DNA from: Nitrosomonas sp.
GTDB lineage: Bacteria > Pseudomonadota > Gammaproteobacteria > Burkholderiales > Nitrosomonadaceae
NCBI GenBank assembly: GCA_028577615.1
Contig: JAJSDU010000010.1
Coordinates: forward strand, 15,541 to 79,540
DNA length: 64,000 nucleotides
Reading direction: 5' to 3'
In this document: positions 1 through 9,584 of the stretch, one piece after another
Position numbering within the stretch: the stretch's first letter is position 1
Layout of the letters: each line of letters starts with the position of its first letter
Notes under the pieces: model-generated
Databases searched by the model: none
The model's input: the letters and a program-made list of their open reading frames with translations, nothing else
Told to the model about the DNA's origin: nothing
Translations under genes and position numbers: made by a program

Positions 1-412
1 CTTTCTCGTACGCATAATTTTCATAAATCCTTTCAGATGGCTGCGGCAATAAATCGGGGAAAAATTTTCTAAACCATCGTTCCTCTGAATAAACTTTCTT
101 ACTATCCGGCAAATAACACTTCAACGCATCATTCGTACGATAAACAATCCTTGTCAGGCCATCGAGAACCTCTATGCGTTCATGCTCACCCGTTTCATCC
201 ACCTTATGAATAATCCGAGACGATTCAATATAACCATCGGCATAATAAATAAAAGTGCCTTGAAAATTATGGTGACGCGGTGCAGATGAAATTTTTTTTA
301 ACCATTCATGGCCATCGTGCTCAGATTTCTTCCTGATCTGGTCTTCAGCATATACTGCCTGAATCGTAAATAACGCTACCAGCAACGTAACAGAAAAGAA
401 GCGGTTTTTCAT
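1..412 (-). CDS. rseB: sigma-E regulatory protein RseB/MucB, N-terminal part (gene runs off the left edge)
   Basis: Not in the ORF track because it is truncated. My minus-strand translation from ATG 412-410 reads MKNRFFSVTLLVALFTIQAVYAEDQ...HEWLKKISSAPRHHNFQGTFIYYADGYIESSRIIHKVDETGEHERIEVLDG. That is a signal peptide plus the MucB/RseB N-domain pattern. The start overlaps the rseA stop (ATGA), and the rpoE-rseA-rseB order is canonical. Confidence 0.8.
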   Translation of the reverse strand, partial: MKNRFFSVTLLVALFTIQAVYAEDQIRKKSEHDGHEWLKKISSAPRHHNFQGTFIYYADGYIESSRIIHKVDETGEHERIEVLDGLTRIVYRTNDALKCYLPDSKKVYSEERWFRKFFPDLLPQPSERIYENYAYEK

Positions 413-1035
413 CTACCATAACTATCCGTAGATTCAGTTACGGGATACAAGGCCGGATGCTTAATTAATGCTGATCCTGGTGATAATTCTTTGTGGAAAT
501 TGTGAAAATACAGATAATTGGTCATATCGCCATTGGAAGCATACGGGTATTGACTCCCGCCGGATGTGTGCAAGACATTCATGGGTACATGCGATTGATC
601 TGCTCCAATCTGCATTTGCGACTGCTCAGCAACAATAGCCGGATGAGATTGCTGATAAACATTCTGCATAACTACCCATGTCGATATCATCGCAAGAAGA
701 GAAGCTGCTGTTGCGAATGCAAAAACCTTAGTTCTTGAATTCCCGGGTTTGATTTTTTCAGTGATCCGTTGCTGGTGCAGTTGCAAGGAGGTTTGATTAG
801 GTGATTTTCTGAGGGTTTCTGGAACAAGAAGTATTGGTTCTGAGGCAAGTTGTCTGCTCACTCGTCTGGCAATATTCGTTGTCAGATTTGATGGCTGCCT
901 CAACGTATCACCAATGAGATGATATATTTCCCAGTCACGATTCAATAAATCTCCTTGCTTAAGGGCCGCGATAATTTTTTCCGCATCCTGATCACTCAGC
1001 TCACCATCCATCAATTCAGATACTTTATCTTTCAC
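409..1035 (-). CDS. rseA: anti-sigma-E factor RseA/MucA
   Basis: The 208-aa ORF has the N-terminus KDKVSELMDGELSDQDAEKII...DWEIYHLIGDTLRQ typical of the RseA N-domain, and a central TM segment (VFAFATAASLLAMISTWVV). The start codon is GTG, one nt after the rpoE stop. Confidence 0.8.
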   Translation of the reverse strand: MKDKVSELMDGELSDQDAEKIIAALKQGDLLNRDWEIYHLIGDTLRQPSNLTTNIARRVSRQLASEPILLVPETLRKSPNQTSLQLHQQRITEKIKPGNSRTKVFAFATAASLLAMISTWVVMQNVYQQSHPAIVAEQSQMQIGADQSHVPMNVLHTSGGSQYPYASNGDMTNYLYFHNFHKELSPGSALIKHPALYPVTESTDSYGR

Positions 1036-1036
1036 T

Positions 1037-1633
1037 CTACCACCTCTTGTCTTTACTGGTACCCAATAATGGGCGTAATTCTTCAGAAATTGCTTCCCGC
1101 GCTCGAAAAATTCGTGAACGTACAGTACCTATGGGGCATTCCATAATCTTTGCTATTTCATCATAACTTAGCCCCTCGATCTCTCTCAAAATGATCGCTG
1201 TACGCAACTCCTCGGGTAATTGTTCCAAAGTCTGATTCACTGTTTGAGCTATCTGCTTACTCATCAATTCACTCTCAGGCGTATCCATCTCACGTAGACC
1301 GCTTTCTTCAAAATTTTCCGCATCCTCCGTATCAATACCTTGCAATGTAGCCGCTTTTCGGCCTTGCGAAACCAGATAATTCTTTGCAGTATTAATACCT
1401 ATGCGATAAAGCCAGGTATAGAAAGCACTGTCTCCACGAAATGCAGGCAACGCTCTATAGGCCTTGATGAAGGCTTCCTGCGTGACATCCTCAACTTCAG
1501 CCGGATCACGTACAAATTGCGACAACAAACGTGTCAGCTTACGCTGATACTTTGCAACTAGCAGATCAAATGCATGTTTGTCGCCATTCTGCACACGCTC
1601 CACCAACTGTTGATCGATTTCACGATCACTCAT
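1037..1633 (-). CDS. rpoE: ECF RNA polymerase sigma factor RpoE (sigma-24/AlgU type)
   Basis: The 198-aa ORF has region 2 (FDLLVAKYQRKLTRLL...DVTQEAFIKAYRAL..FRGDSAFYTWLYRIGINTAKN) and region 4 (REIEGLSYDEIAKIMECPIGTVRSRIFRAREAI). It is followed by rseA and rseB. Confidence 0.95.
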   Translation of the reverse strand: MSDREIDQQLVERVQNGDKHAFDLLVAKYQRKLTRLLSQFVRDPAEVEDVTQEAFIKAYRALPAFRGDSAFYTWLYRIGINTAKNYLVSQGRKAATLQGIDTEDAENFEESGLREMDTPESELMSKQIAQTVNQTLEQLPEELRTAIILREIEGLSYDEIAKIMECPIGTVRSRIFRAREAISEELRPLLGTSKDKRW

Positions 1634-1754
1634 ATCATCTGATCCCTGAATATTCTAAATGATGAAAATATTGCTCTTCCAGCTTTATTTTAAGCCTGAC
1701 AGATCAAGTATACCTATTCAGAGCGATCACGAAAACCGATATGATTCAAACCAA

Positions 1755-1782
1755 GAAGACAATAGAAAAGATGAATAAGTTC
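1755..1782 (-). promoter_or_regulatory. possible sigma-E-dependent (autoregulated) promoter of rpoE
   Basis: The minus strand reads GTGAACTT-N17-TCTTC about 120-150 nt upstream of the rpoE ATG. It resembles the GAACTT-N16/17-TCnnA consensus. The -10 element matches only partially. Confidence 0.3.
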
Positions 1783-1904
1783 ACTTGCCAAGTGCTTTCA
1801 GTTTACGCGTTATCGAAACATTCATCATAATACAACAAGGCTGCACGCAATGCGCCATGGTGAAATGTAAATCTAATAATCCCACGCTCATTTTCGCCAT
1901 TTCA

Positions 1905-2324
1905 CTATTTTCTGAAATTTGATTGTTCATCATATTGATGCAATAAAACCAGCGACTTCGGCTTCCAGCCTGGTTTGCGATGCTCTACGATTACATTCGT
2001 AAAAATACCGCCTCGCACAAAAAACCGTGCCGTCAACCGAATATAGCGCGGTTTCATCGCCGCTACGAGATCTTCCAGAATCTGGTTGGTTACAGCTTCA
2101 TGAAAAGCAGCCTGCTCACGGTATGACCAGATATAGAGTTTCAAGCTTTTCAGCTCGACACATTTTTTATCAGGAATATAATCCAGTATCAGATTGGCAA
2201 AATCCGGCTGACCTGTTTTAGGGCACACACATGTAAATTCCGGAATTTCCATATGGATCTGATAATCCCTCTTAACAAAAAGATTAGGGAATGTTTCAAG
2301 TTCCTTGCTGGGCTGAGTTGACAT
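1905..2324 (-). CDS. queF: NADPH-dependent 7-cyano-7-deazaguanine reductase (unimodular QueF)
   Basis: The 139-aa ORF has the catalytic Cys context [15 protein letters not shown] and the QueF motif [13 protein letters not shown]. Confidence 0.9.
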   Translation of the reverse strand: MSTQPSKELETFPNLFVKRDYQIHMEIPEFTCVCPKTGQPDFANLILDYIPDKKCVELKSLKLYIWSYREQAAFHEAVTNQILEDLVAAMKPRYIRLTARFFVRGGIFTNVIVEHRKPGWKPKSLVLLHQYDEQSNFRK

Positions 2325-2432
2325 ACGGCATTCTCTTAATGACTAATTCAGTTACAATAATAACGATTGCAAAGCAGTTTGTAACACAACTAATTTGAAT
2401 CTCACATTATAACTGTATCCCGTATTCATAAA

Positions 2433-5400
2433 TTGCGTCTGGCCAAAATTAAACTCTCCGGCTTTAAGTCTTTTGTTGAATCCACTGCCATTCCGATCAC
2501 CAGCGATCTGGTCGGCATTGTTGGTCCAAATGGGTGTGGTAAATCCAATGTTATCGATGCGGTACGCTGGGTGCTTGGCGAATCCAAGGCATCCGCGTTG
2601 CGTGGAGACTCCATTCAGGATGTTATTTTTGCCGGTTCGGCAAATCGAAATCCAGCAGGACGCGCAAGTGTTGAATTGATTTTTGACAATAATCAAAATT
2701 CAGCAAGTGGCCAATGGTCAAGCTATGCGGAAATCGCTATCAAGCGCATTATCCAGCGCGAAGGCAACTCGAACTACTATATCAATAATATACATGTCAG
2801 GCGGCGCGATATAGCCGATCTTTTTTTAGGTACCGGTGTTGGCGGGCGCGGCTACGCTATCATCGAACAGGGTATGATATCCCGCATTATTGAAGCCAAA
2901 CCGCAGGAAATGAAAATGTTCCTCGAAGAAGCCGCAGGAATTTCAAAATACCGGGAGAGGAGGCATGAAACCGAATTAAGGCTGAGCGATACGCACAACA
3001 ATCTGATTCGTATTGAAGATATTGCAAACGAATTTAGAAAACAAATCGAACACCTTGAAATCCAGGCCAATACTGCAAAAAAATACAATACTCTGCATAA
3101 GCAGCTGCAAAACACACAACAAATACTATGGCTACAACAGCGCAATGAATCAACGCAACAACGGCTTGCTGCAGAAACGGAAATCAGCCAGATTGAACAG
3201 CGATTAACCGCCGACACCAAGCAACTACAGCAAAACCGATCAACGCGCGAAAATTTACGTAACCAAGAAAACGATTTGAATGAGCAGCTCCATGAAACAC
3301 AAGGGCGACTGTACCGGGAAAATGCAGAAAAAGTGCGCATAGAACAGGAAATCATTCAATTCCAGAAAAATAAAAACCGACTGGCGCAACAACGCGCCGA
3401 TATTGACAGGCAATTGACTGAGAATCTGCATCAACGCGAATCAACCACCAGCCATTTAAAACACTGGCAGGCAGAAAAAAGAAAAGCGCTGACCGAACAT
3501 CAAGTCGGCATACAAAAACATCGCATTGAGACTGAAAAATTACCCGAGCTTGAAATCATTTATGATCAACAGCAAAAAACATACGAAAACCTGCAATACA
3601 ATTTCACCAAAACAGAACAATCGATAAATCTGGCGCTGACACATATTCAACATGGCGACAAGACGCTGCAGCAGCTCGAGTCACGCATAAATCGCCTGGA
3701 ACAGGAATACGGCGCGATGTCCGGCATGGGTCATGACCAGCTTACTGAGCTTAAAACACAGATCACACAAACCGAAAATCAGTTACATGAAGCAGAAAAA
3801 AACTTAACCGCATCCGAATCCGCATTTATTGAAGCAAGCCAGAAAAAGGAAACTGCTGCAGTCCAAGTGCGCGAAATACAGAAAACGATCTCGAACTTAC
3901 ACGCGCGATATAACGCGTTGCACAACCTTCAGCAAAAAATTGAAAATAACGAGGCGCTGAAACAATGGCTGCAGAAACATGGCCTGGATTCAGAAAAACG
4001 ATTATGGCATCACATCCAGATTGAAAAGGAATGGGAAAATGCGCTCGAATCGATTCTGCAAGAGCGTCTGAACAGTCTTGCTTTTTCAAAACTGGAAACT
4101 ATTCTGGACTGGCAGGATGACTTACCGCCCGGCAAATTAGCCATTTATGAACTAATGCTACAAGCCAAAGATCAACACAACACTGCGCACAGCATGACGT
4201 ATGAATCCACAATCCAGGCTGAGCGCTCCCGCATCGACTGGAAAACACTGAGCACTTTTCTGACCTGCAGTGACGCGCATTTGTCTGCACTGCTACAATA
4301 CTGGCTTGACAATACCTATGTCATCGACGACCTGAACATCGGCTTACAGCAACGGCATCTACTGATGTCTGATGAGCAATTCGTTACTCGCGCAGGACAC
4401 ATTATCAACCGGCACAGTATTTTTTTTCACTCGCCTGACTCGTATCTCCATGGCGTTCTGTCGAGACAGCATGAACTGAACCACATTCAGTCCGAAATCA
4501 CGGTTAATGAGAAAAAATTGACTGCACATCAAACTTCTCTGGCGGAAAACACTGCGCAACATGAAAAACTGCGACAATCCATTCAATTACTTCACAGAGA
4601 CCAGCAGAAACTCACGCAACAACGGCATACGCTGCAAATCGAACAGACAAAACATACGCAAATCAATATACAAATTGAGCGGCGCAAAGCCCAGATAACG
4701 GCCGAATTAAATGAATTACGCTTACAGTGCGACAAGGAAATCCAGCAAAAAAAGCATACCGAGCACGAAGTCTCGGCGCTTCGCGCGCGGCTGGAAAAGA
4801 TCGGAATACAGCTCGATAGCGCAAAAATTGAAATGGAAGCCACTGCAAATGCACTCAGCGATCAGCGTCTGATTATACAGGAAGCATTAAAAGCCGCTCA
4901 GGAAGCCGCCTTTCATGAGAAAATCTGTCAAAACAAAATCAATGACTTAGAGGCTGCACTACAATCAATCGAAGATGATAAGAAAAGGCTGCTGCAAATG
5001 CAATCAGCTTTAATTGCCGAAACTGAAAATCAGGACGATTCACAGCTTAATATTCAACTGGAAACCTGCGCCCAACAGTGCCATCAACTGGAGCAATTTG
5101 TTGACGAACAACGCAGCAGACTCAACCAGACAAGACTGCACCTTCAGGAAATTGAGAAGTCATCCCTGTCAATGGAACAACAGCAGGCAAAACTGCGTGA
5201 ATCGATCACGCAGCTGCATCTTAAAAAGCAGGCTTCCGGTTTATCCGAAGAACGGTTTAATGAACAACTGCGCGAGGCGCTAGCCGATGAAGACAGTCTG
5301 TTACCATTTCTCGGCACCAGAACGAATACTGCTTTACAGGCTGACATCAAACGATTGCAGCAATCCATTTCTGAGTTGGGCGCAGTAAACCTTGCTGCAC

Positions 5401-6008
5401 TCGAAGAACTGGAAGCCGTCCGCTTGCGGAAAAACACGCTGGACACTCAAGTGCAGGATCTACGCGAAGCTATTGCAATTTTGCAAACTGCGATTGCACA
5501 GATTGATCAGGAAACAAAAAAGTTGCTGAAAAAAACTTTCGACACTGTCAATACTAACTTACAAGAACTTTTCCCGGTCATTTTTTCCGGCGGAAAAGCC
5601 GAGCTTGTTCTCAGTGATGATAAGATTCTTGATGCCGGCGTTATGCTGACGGCTCAGCCGCCCGGAAAAAAGAACAATTCACTTCATTTGTTATCGGGCG
5701 GCGAAAAAGCACTGACTGCATTGGCTTTAATTTTTTCGTTATTCCGCTTGAATCCGGCGCCATTCTGCCTGCTGGATGAAGTTGACGCGCCGCTCGACGA
5801 TAACAATACTGCACGGTTTTGCGAGTTAGTAAAAAATTTATCCAAACAAACACAGTTTTTGTTTATCAGTCATAATAAAATTACAATGGAAATTGCGCAG
5901 CAATTAATTGGCATCACGATGCAGGAACAAGGTGTTTCTCGAGTCGTCGCAGTAAATATTGGCGGTGCGATCGATTCTGAAAAAACAAAAGATGTTGTAC
6001 CATCATAA
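2433..6008 (+). CDS. smc: chromosome segregation ATPase SMC
   Basis: The 1191-aa ORF has Walker A GPNGCGKSNVIDA, very long Q/E/L-rich coiled coils, the signature LSGGEKALTALALIF and Walker B FCLLDEVDAPLD. The start is TTG, with no in-frame ATG between it and the upstream stop at 2391. Confidence 0.95.
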   Translation: MRLAKIKLSGFKSFVESTAIPITSDLVGIVGPNGCGKSNVIDAVRWVLGESKASALRGDSIQDVIFAGSANRNPAGRASVELIFDNNQNSASGQWSSYAEIAIKRIIQREGNSNYYINNIHVRRRDIADLFLGTGVGGRGYAIIEQGMISRIIEAKPQEMKMFLEEAAGISKYRERRHETELRLSDTHNNLIRIEDIANEFRKQIEHLEIQANTAKKYNTLHKQLQNTQQILWLQQRNESTQQRLAAETEISQIEQRLTADTKQLQQNRSTRENLRNQENDLNEQLHETQGRLYRENAEKVRIEQEIIQFQKNKNRLAQQRADIDRQLTENLHQRESTTSHLKHWQAEKRKALTEHQVGIQKHRIETEKLPELEIIYDQQQKTYENLQYNFTKTEQSINLALTHIQHGDKTLQQLESRINRLEQEYGAMSGMGHDQLTELKTQITQTENQLHEAEKNLTASESAFIEASQKKETAAVQVREIQKTISNLHARYNALHNLQQKIENNEALKQWLQKHGLDSEKRLWHHIQIEKEWENALESILQERLNSLAFSKLETILDWQDDLPPGKLAIYELMLQAKDQHNTAHSMTYESTIQAERSRIDWKTLSTFLTCSDAHLSALLQYWLDNTYVIDDLNIGLQQRHLLMSDEQFVTRAGHIINRHSIFFHSPDSYLHGVLSRQHELNHIQSEITVNEKKLTAHQTSLAENTAQHEKLRQSIQLLHRDQQKLTQQRHTLQIEQTKHTQINIQIERRKAQITAELNELRLQCDKEIQQKKHTEHEVSALRARLEKIGIQLDSAKIEMEATANALSDQRLIIQEALKAAQEAAFHEKICQNKINDLEAALQSIEDDKKRLLQMQSALIAETENQDDSQLNIQLETCAQQCHQLEQFVDEQRSRLNQTRLHLQEIEKSSLSMEQQQAKLRESITQLHLKKQASGLSEERFNEQLREALADEDSLLPFLGTRTNTALQADIKRLQQSISELGAVNLAALEELEAVRLRKNTLDTQVQDLREAIAILQTAIAQIDQETKKLLKKTFDTVNTNLQELFPVIFSGGKAELVLSDDKILDAGVMLTAQPPGKKNNSLHLLSGGEKALTALALIFSLFRLNPAPFCLLDEVDAPLDDNNTARFCELVKNLSKQTQFLFISHNKITMEIAQQLIGITMQEQGVSRVVAVNIGGAIDSEKTKDVVPS

Positions 6009-6059
6009 CTTGGATATGAAAACTGCGAGAAAGTTAGGGTTAGGCAATAGGACAATAGC

Positions 6060-7280
6060 ATGGATATATTGAACATGAGTGACTTGCAAGTGAGTTTAAT
6101 CATCGTTGGCATCATCATCATTATGGGTGTCGTTGTCTTTAATCGGATGCAACACTTACGCTATCGCCGAAAAATAGAATCTACTCTGGATCAAAAACAT
6201 AAGGACGTATTGTTAGAAAAAACAGGCAGTTCAAATGTTAGAGAAGGAAGCCGCGATAAAATCCATGAAAGAATCGAACCATTGCTGGATAAAAATTTTT
6301 ATACCGGAAAGCCGCCTCAATATGATTTAAACAAAAAAACGGGGCTTGAGTTTTCCGAGAACCTCAATGGAACTCGGAAAAAACCGGATCAGGATGAGTA
6401 TCCCGATCCTGATGACGATAAAACATCCGCAGGCAATGAAGCTCCCGCTCTTATTGATGGCTTTGACAGTCATTCGAACTATATTGTCAATGTCTACGCC
6501 AACACAACCATACCTGCAAACGAGCTCGATGGATTGCTGCATCGAAAATTTGATTTCAATAAACCGTTAAGCTGGTTCGGGCAAAAAAGTGCGCACGGCC
6601 CATGGGAAGATATCAACATAAAATCAGCTGATCACTCAGGCTTTATTCATTTGCGTGGTTGTTTGCTGCTTGCTGACCGAACAGGCCCGATCAGAGAGAT
6701 CGATTTATCTATTTTCCGTGACACAGTCCAGGATTTTGCCAGACAGATCAATGCAAAAACCGAATGTCCGGATATCGTGCCATCTCATGAGCAGGCCGTC
6801 AAACTCGACAAATTCTGTGCTGATGTCGACGTCATGATCGGTGTTAACATCATCAGCAAGGATGAAGGCGCCTTTGTCGGTACAAAAATCAGAGGATTGG
6901 CCGAAGCATCGGGTTTCAAACTTGATACGGATGGCATTTTCAAATACCGCAATGACGACAATCACATACTTTTCACACTGGCCAATTATGAATCAGAGCC
7001 TTTTGCTCCTGATAACATGAAAACCATAACCACACATGGCATAACGTTTTTACTGGATGTACCAAGAGTTGCAAACGGCGAAAAAGTTTTTGATCAAATG
7101 ACGCATTTTGCCAAAGTCTTTTCTAATACGCTGGGCGGAATAATGGTTGATGATAATCGCGTACCACTCAGTGAGAATGGATTGGCAAGGAGTAAACAAC
7201 AACTGATCAACATCCAGACACGGATGAAAAAGCATAACATTATTCCAGGCAGTCCGAATGCCTTGAGATTATTCAATTAA
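6060..7280 (+). CDS. zipA: cell division protein ZipA
   Basis: The 406-aa ORF has an N-terminal TM anchor (LQVSLIIVGIIIIMGVVVFN), a charged low-complexity linker and a C-terminal ZipA_C-like domain. Its position directly after smc is common in betaproteobacteria. Confidence 0.8.
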   Translation: MDILNMSDLQVSLIIVGIIIIMGVVVFNRMQHLRYRRKIESTLDQKHKDVLLEKTGSSNVREGSRDKIHERIEPLLDKNFYTGKPPQYDLNKKTGLEFSENLNGTRKKPDQDEYPDPDDDKTSAGNEAPALIDGFDSHSNYIVNVYANTTIPANELDGLLHRKFDFNKPLSWFGQKSAHGPWEDINIKSADHSGFIHLRGCLLLADRTGPIREIDLSIFRDTVQDFARQINAKTECPDIVPSHEQAVKLDKFCADVDVMIGVNIISKDEGAFVGTKIRGLAEASGFKLDTDGIFKYRNDDNHILFTLANYESEPFAPDNMKTITTHGITFLLDVPRVANGEKVFDQMTHFAKVFSNTLGGIMVDDNRVPLSENGLARSKQQLINIQTRMKKHNIIPGSPNALRLFN

Positions 7281-7321
7281 TCCACTTTTATGCTTACAGA
7301 AACCAAACCGGAGGAATAATT

Positions 7322-7561
7322 ATGAATTCGAGTACCGATAAAAAATTCTCACCGATAGAGGTTCAATTAGAAACTGCTAAGCAATATTACTGGTGCACCT
7401 GTGGACGGAGTCAGTCCCAGCCCTTCTGCGATGGCTCGCATAAAGGTACGGAATTCACGCCCCGGCCTTTTTCTGTCGACACCAACAGAACCGCCTGGCT
7501 TTGCACCTGTAAAAAGACAGGAAACCCGCCTTTCTGCGATGGCACGCACAATAAATTATAG
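7322..7561 (+). CDS. CDGSH iron-sulfur domain protein (two CDGSH motifs)
   Basis: The 79-aa ORF carries CTCGRSQSQPFCDGSH and CTCKKTGNPPFCDGTH. Confidence 0.9.
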   Translation: MNSSTDKKFSPIEVQLETAKQYYWCTCGRSQSQPFCDGSHKGTEFTPRPFSVDTNRTAWLCTCKKTGNPPFCDGTHNKL

Positions 7562-7636
7562 GAGAACTGCACCCCCCCTGAATCCAATCAATACCGCGCC
7601 ACAATTCCAAGATTCTTCATTCATCGCCGGACATCC

Positions 7637-7837
7637 ATGAATTCAGATCTCAAAATGCTGGAAGAAGAAGTCAGCCGGCTGATAACCCAATATCAGGAGA
7701 TCTGTAATGAGAACACCCGATTACGTCAGCAGCTTGCTCAGGCAAGCACATACAATGAAAAATTGATTGAAAAAATACATCTCACCTCCAGTCGTTTAGA
7801 AAATCTTTTAAAACATTTACCTGATCATGAACAATGA
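7637..7837 (+). CDS. small coiled-coil protein, ZapB-like/TIGR02449-like, upstream of zapA
   Basis: The 66-aa ORF is an all-heptad coiled coil (LEEEVSRLITQYQEICNENTRLRQQLAQ). It overlaps the zapA start by 11 nt. The functional call rests on position and composition only. Confidence 0.5.
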   Translation: MNSDLKMLEEEVSRLITQYQEICNENTRLRQQLAQASTYNEKLIEKIHLTSSRLENLLKHLPDHEQ

Positions 7838-8123
7838 AAATGTCTTAATCATCGATATCATGGGTAGAGAGTTCAGTATCAGCTGCCCTGATGAAGAACG
7901 CGAAGAAATTCTGAAGGCTGTTGAGTTTCTAAATAGTAAAATTCAGGAAATTAGAAGCGAGGGCAAAATCATTGACTCTGAGCGTGTGATTATCGCCGCC
8001 GCACTTGGAGTCACGCACGAATTGCTCGTTTTACGCCGATCAAACGGTTTTGACATTGACGACATTAAGCGTAGAATCACGGATATAAGAAAAAAAATAA
8101 TTGCGGCATTAAATAAAAAATAA
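7827..8123 (+). CDS. zapA: cell division protein ZapA
   Basis: The 98-aa ORF has the ZapA pattern IDIMGREFSISCPDEEREEILKAVEFLNSKI..IAAALGVTHEL. It is followed by 6S RNA, as in the E. coli zapA-ssrS arrangement. Confidence 0.8.
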   Translation: MNNENVLIIDIMGREFSISCPDEEREEILKAVEFLNSKIQEIRSEGKIIDSERVIIAAALGVTHELLVLRRSNGFDIDDIKRRITDIRKKIIAALNKK

Positions 8124-8172
8124 AACAATATTTCATTGATTTATTATAGTTTATAGTTATAGACGTTTACAA

Positions 8173-8353
8173 TTGCTCCCTGCGGTGTACGTTCAAGACT
8201 GAAATTCTTTGAACCAATTATCAAAACAGGTTGTTGACTAAAGTGAAACAGTTGTGCGCGCCTTTCTTAAGGATGCGCCTGATGAATCCGGGAGACAGCC
8301 ACCTTGAACCCTGTGGTTCAAGATACCGGTCTAACGGCACATGCGGGGAGCTT
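8173..8353 (+). ncRNA. ssrS: 6S RNA (SsrS)
   Basis: The 5' end GCTCCCTGCGGTGT pairs with the 3' end ACATGCGGGGAGC to close the structure. The 3' half, CCACCTTGAACCCTGTGGTTCAAGATACCGG..GGCACATGCGGGGAGC, closely parallels E. coli 6S (CACCUUGAACCAAGGGUUCAAGGGUUACAGCC..GGCAUCUCGGAGA). It is about 181 nt long and lies just downstream of zapA. The ends are accurate to about 5 nt. Confidence 0.8.
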
Positions 8354-8670
8354 CCATTTCTTTATTCATCCCTTTGCTCAGGCAGAAAACTGTTGCATCA
8401 ACTCGTACTTACAATCATAGAAATCCCATAGCCGTATCATCCCCCTGGCAGCCTTTTCGAACCGAATATCAAACAGCCAATCAAACCCTCTCTGATTGCA
8501 TCGCTTCTCGAAATGAGCGGACAAACAGCACCTTATAAATCATAATCTTATAGAAATACGGGCTAAATTCTTGCTTTCTTAGCTCTTCGATTCCGATCAC
8601 ATGTGATAATTTTTGCGTAAAAAATTAAACCTGATAACAATTTTTAACTTACGCGCAAAGGTTTTCTACA

Positions 8671-9531
8671 ATGTTGGTAATTGTTGGCTATCTCATTATT
8701 ATCCTTTCTGTATTTGGCGGTTTCGCGCTTGCAGGCGGTCATCTGGCATCTTTATGGCAGCCGGTTGAGATCCTGATGATCGGCGGCGGGGCCGTCGGCG
8801 CTTTTGTTGTCGGGAATTCCAGCAAGGCGCTCAAAGCAACCTTGAAGGGTCTTCCAGGTGTTTTTAAAGGCACAAAATACACCAAGACGGTTTATATGGA
8901 GCTGATGACATTACTCTATGAAATTCTTGGAAAAATCCGTAAAGAAGGTCTTATGTCCATAGAAACTGATGTGGATGATCCACAAAACAGCCCTATTTTT
9001 ACCAAATATCCAACCATTCTTGCTGATCATCATGTCACAGAATTTATAACCGACTATTTGCGGTTGATGGTGGGCGGAAATCTGAATGCACTGGAAATTG
9101 AAAATCTAATGGACAGCGAACTGGAAACGCATCACCAGGAAGGCGAAGTCCCCATTCACTGCATCGCAAAACTCGGCGATGGCTTGCCTGCTTTCGGCAT
9201 TATCGCCGCTGTCATGGGTGTTGTTCATACCATGGAATCAGTTCATTTACCACCGGCGGAACTCGGCGTTCTGATTGCTGCTGCTCTTGTTGGCACTTTC
9301 CTGGGAATTCTGCTGGCTTATGGTTTTGTAAGTCCCTTAGCCGGAAAACTTGAACATCAGCTGCATGAGTCCAGTAAATTGCTGGAATGCATCAAAATCA
9401 CCTTACTGGCCAATCTGAACGGCTATTCCCCGGTACTTGCAGTCGAGTTTGGCCGGAAAGTATTGTTCAGCACCGAAAGACCGTCATTCCTTGAACTGGA
9501 ACAACATGTCAAGAACAACAAGGCGGAGTAG
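8671..9531 (+). CDS. motA: flagellar stator protein MotA
   Basis: The 286-aa ORF has four TM segments and the MotA/TolQ/ExbB C-terminal channel region (AFGIIAAVMGVVHTM...LVGTFLGILLAYGFVSPL). Confidence 0.9.
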   Translation: MLVIVGYLIIILSVFGGFALAGGHLASLWQPVEILMIGGGAVGAFVVGNSSKALKATLKGLPGVFKGTKYTKTVYMELMTLLYEILGKIRKEGLMSIETDVDDPQNSPIFTKYPTILADHHVTEFITDYLRLMVGGNLNALEIENLMDSELETHHQEGEVPIHCIAKLGDGLPAFGIIAAVMGVVHTMESVHLPPAELGVLIAAALVGTFLGILLAYGFVSPLAGKLEHQLHESSKLLECIKITLLANLNGYSPVLAVEFGRKVLFSTERPSFLELEQHVKNNKAE

Positions 9532-9584
9532 TTTGATCCAGATTGCCGGACATAAGACAACACGATATCGCGAGGTAACTCTGT

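Noticed and set aside
2352-2696. 114-aa minus-strand ORF spanning the queF-smc spacer and the smc 5' end
   Set aside because: It overlaps the SMC Walker A coding region in antisense and has no recognisable features.
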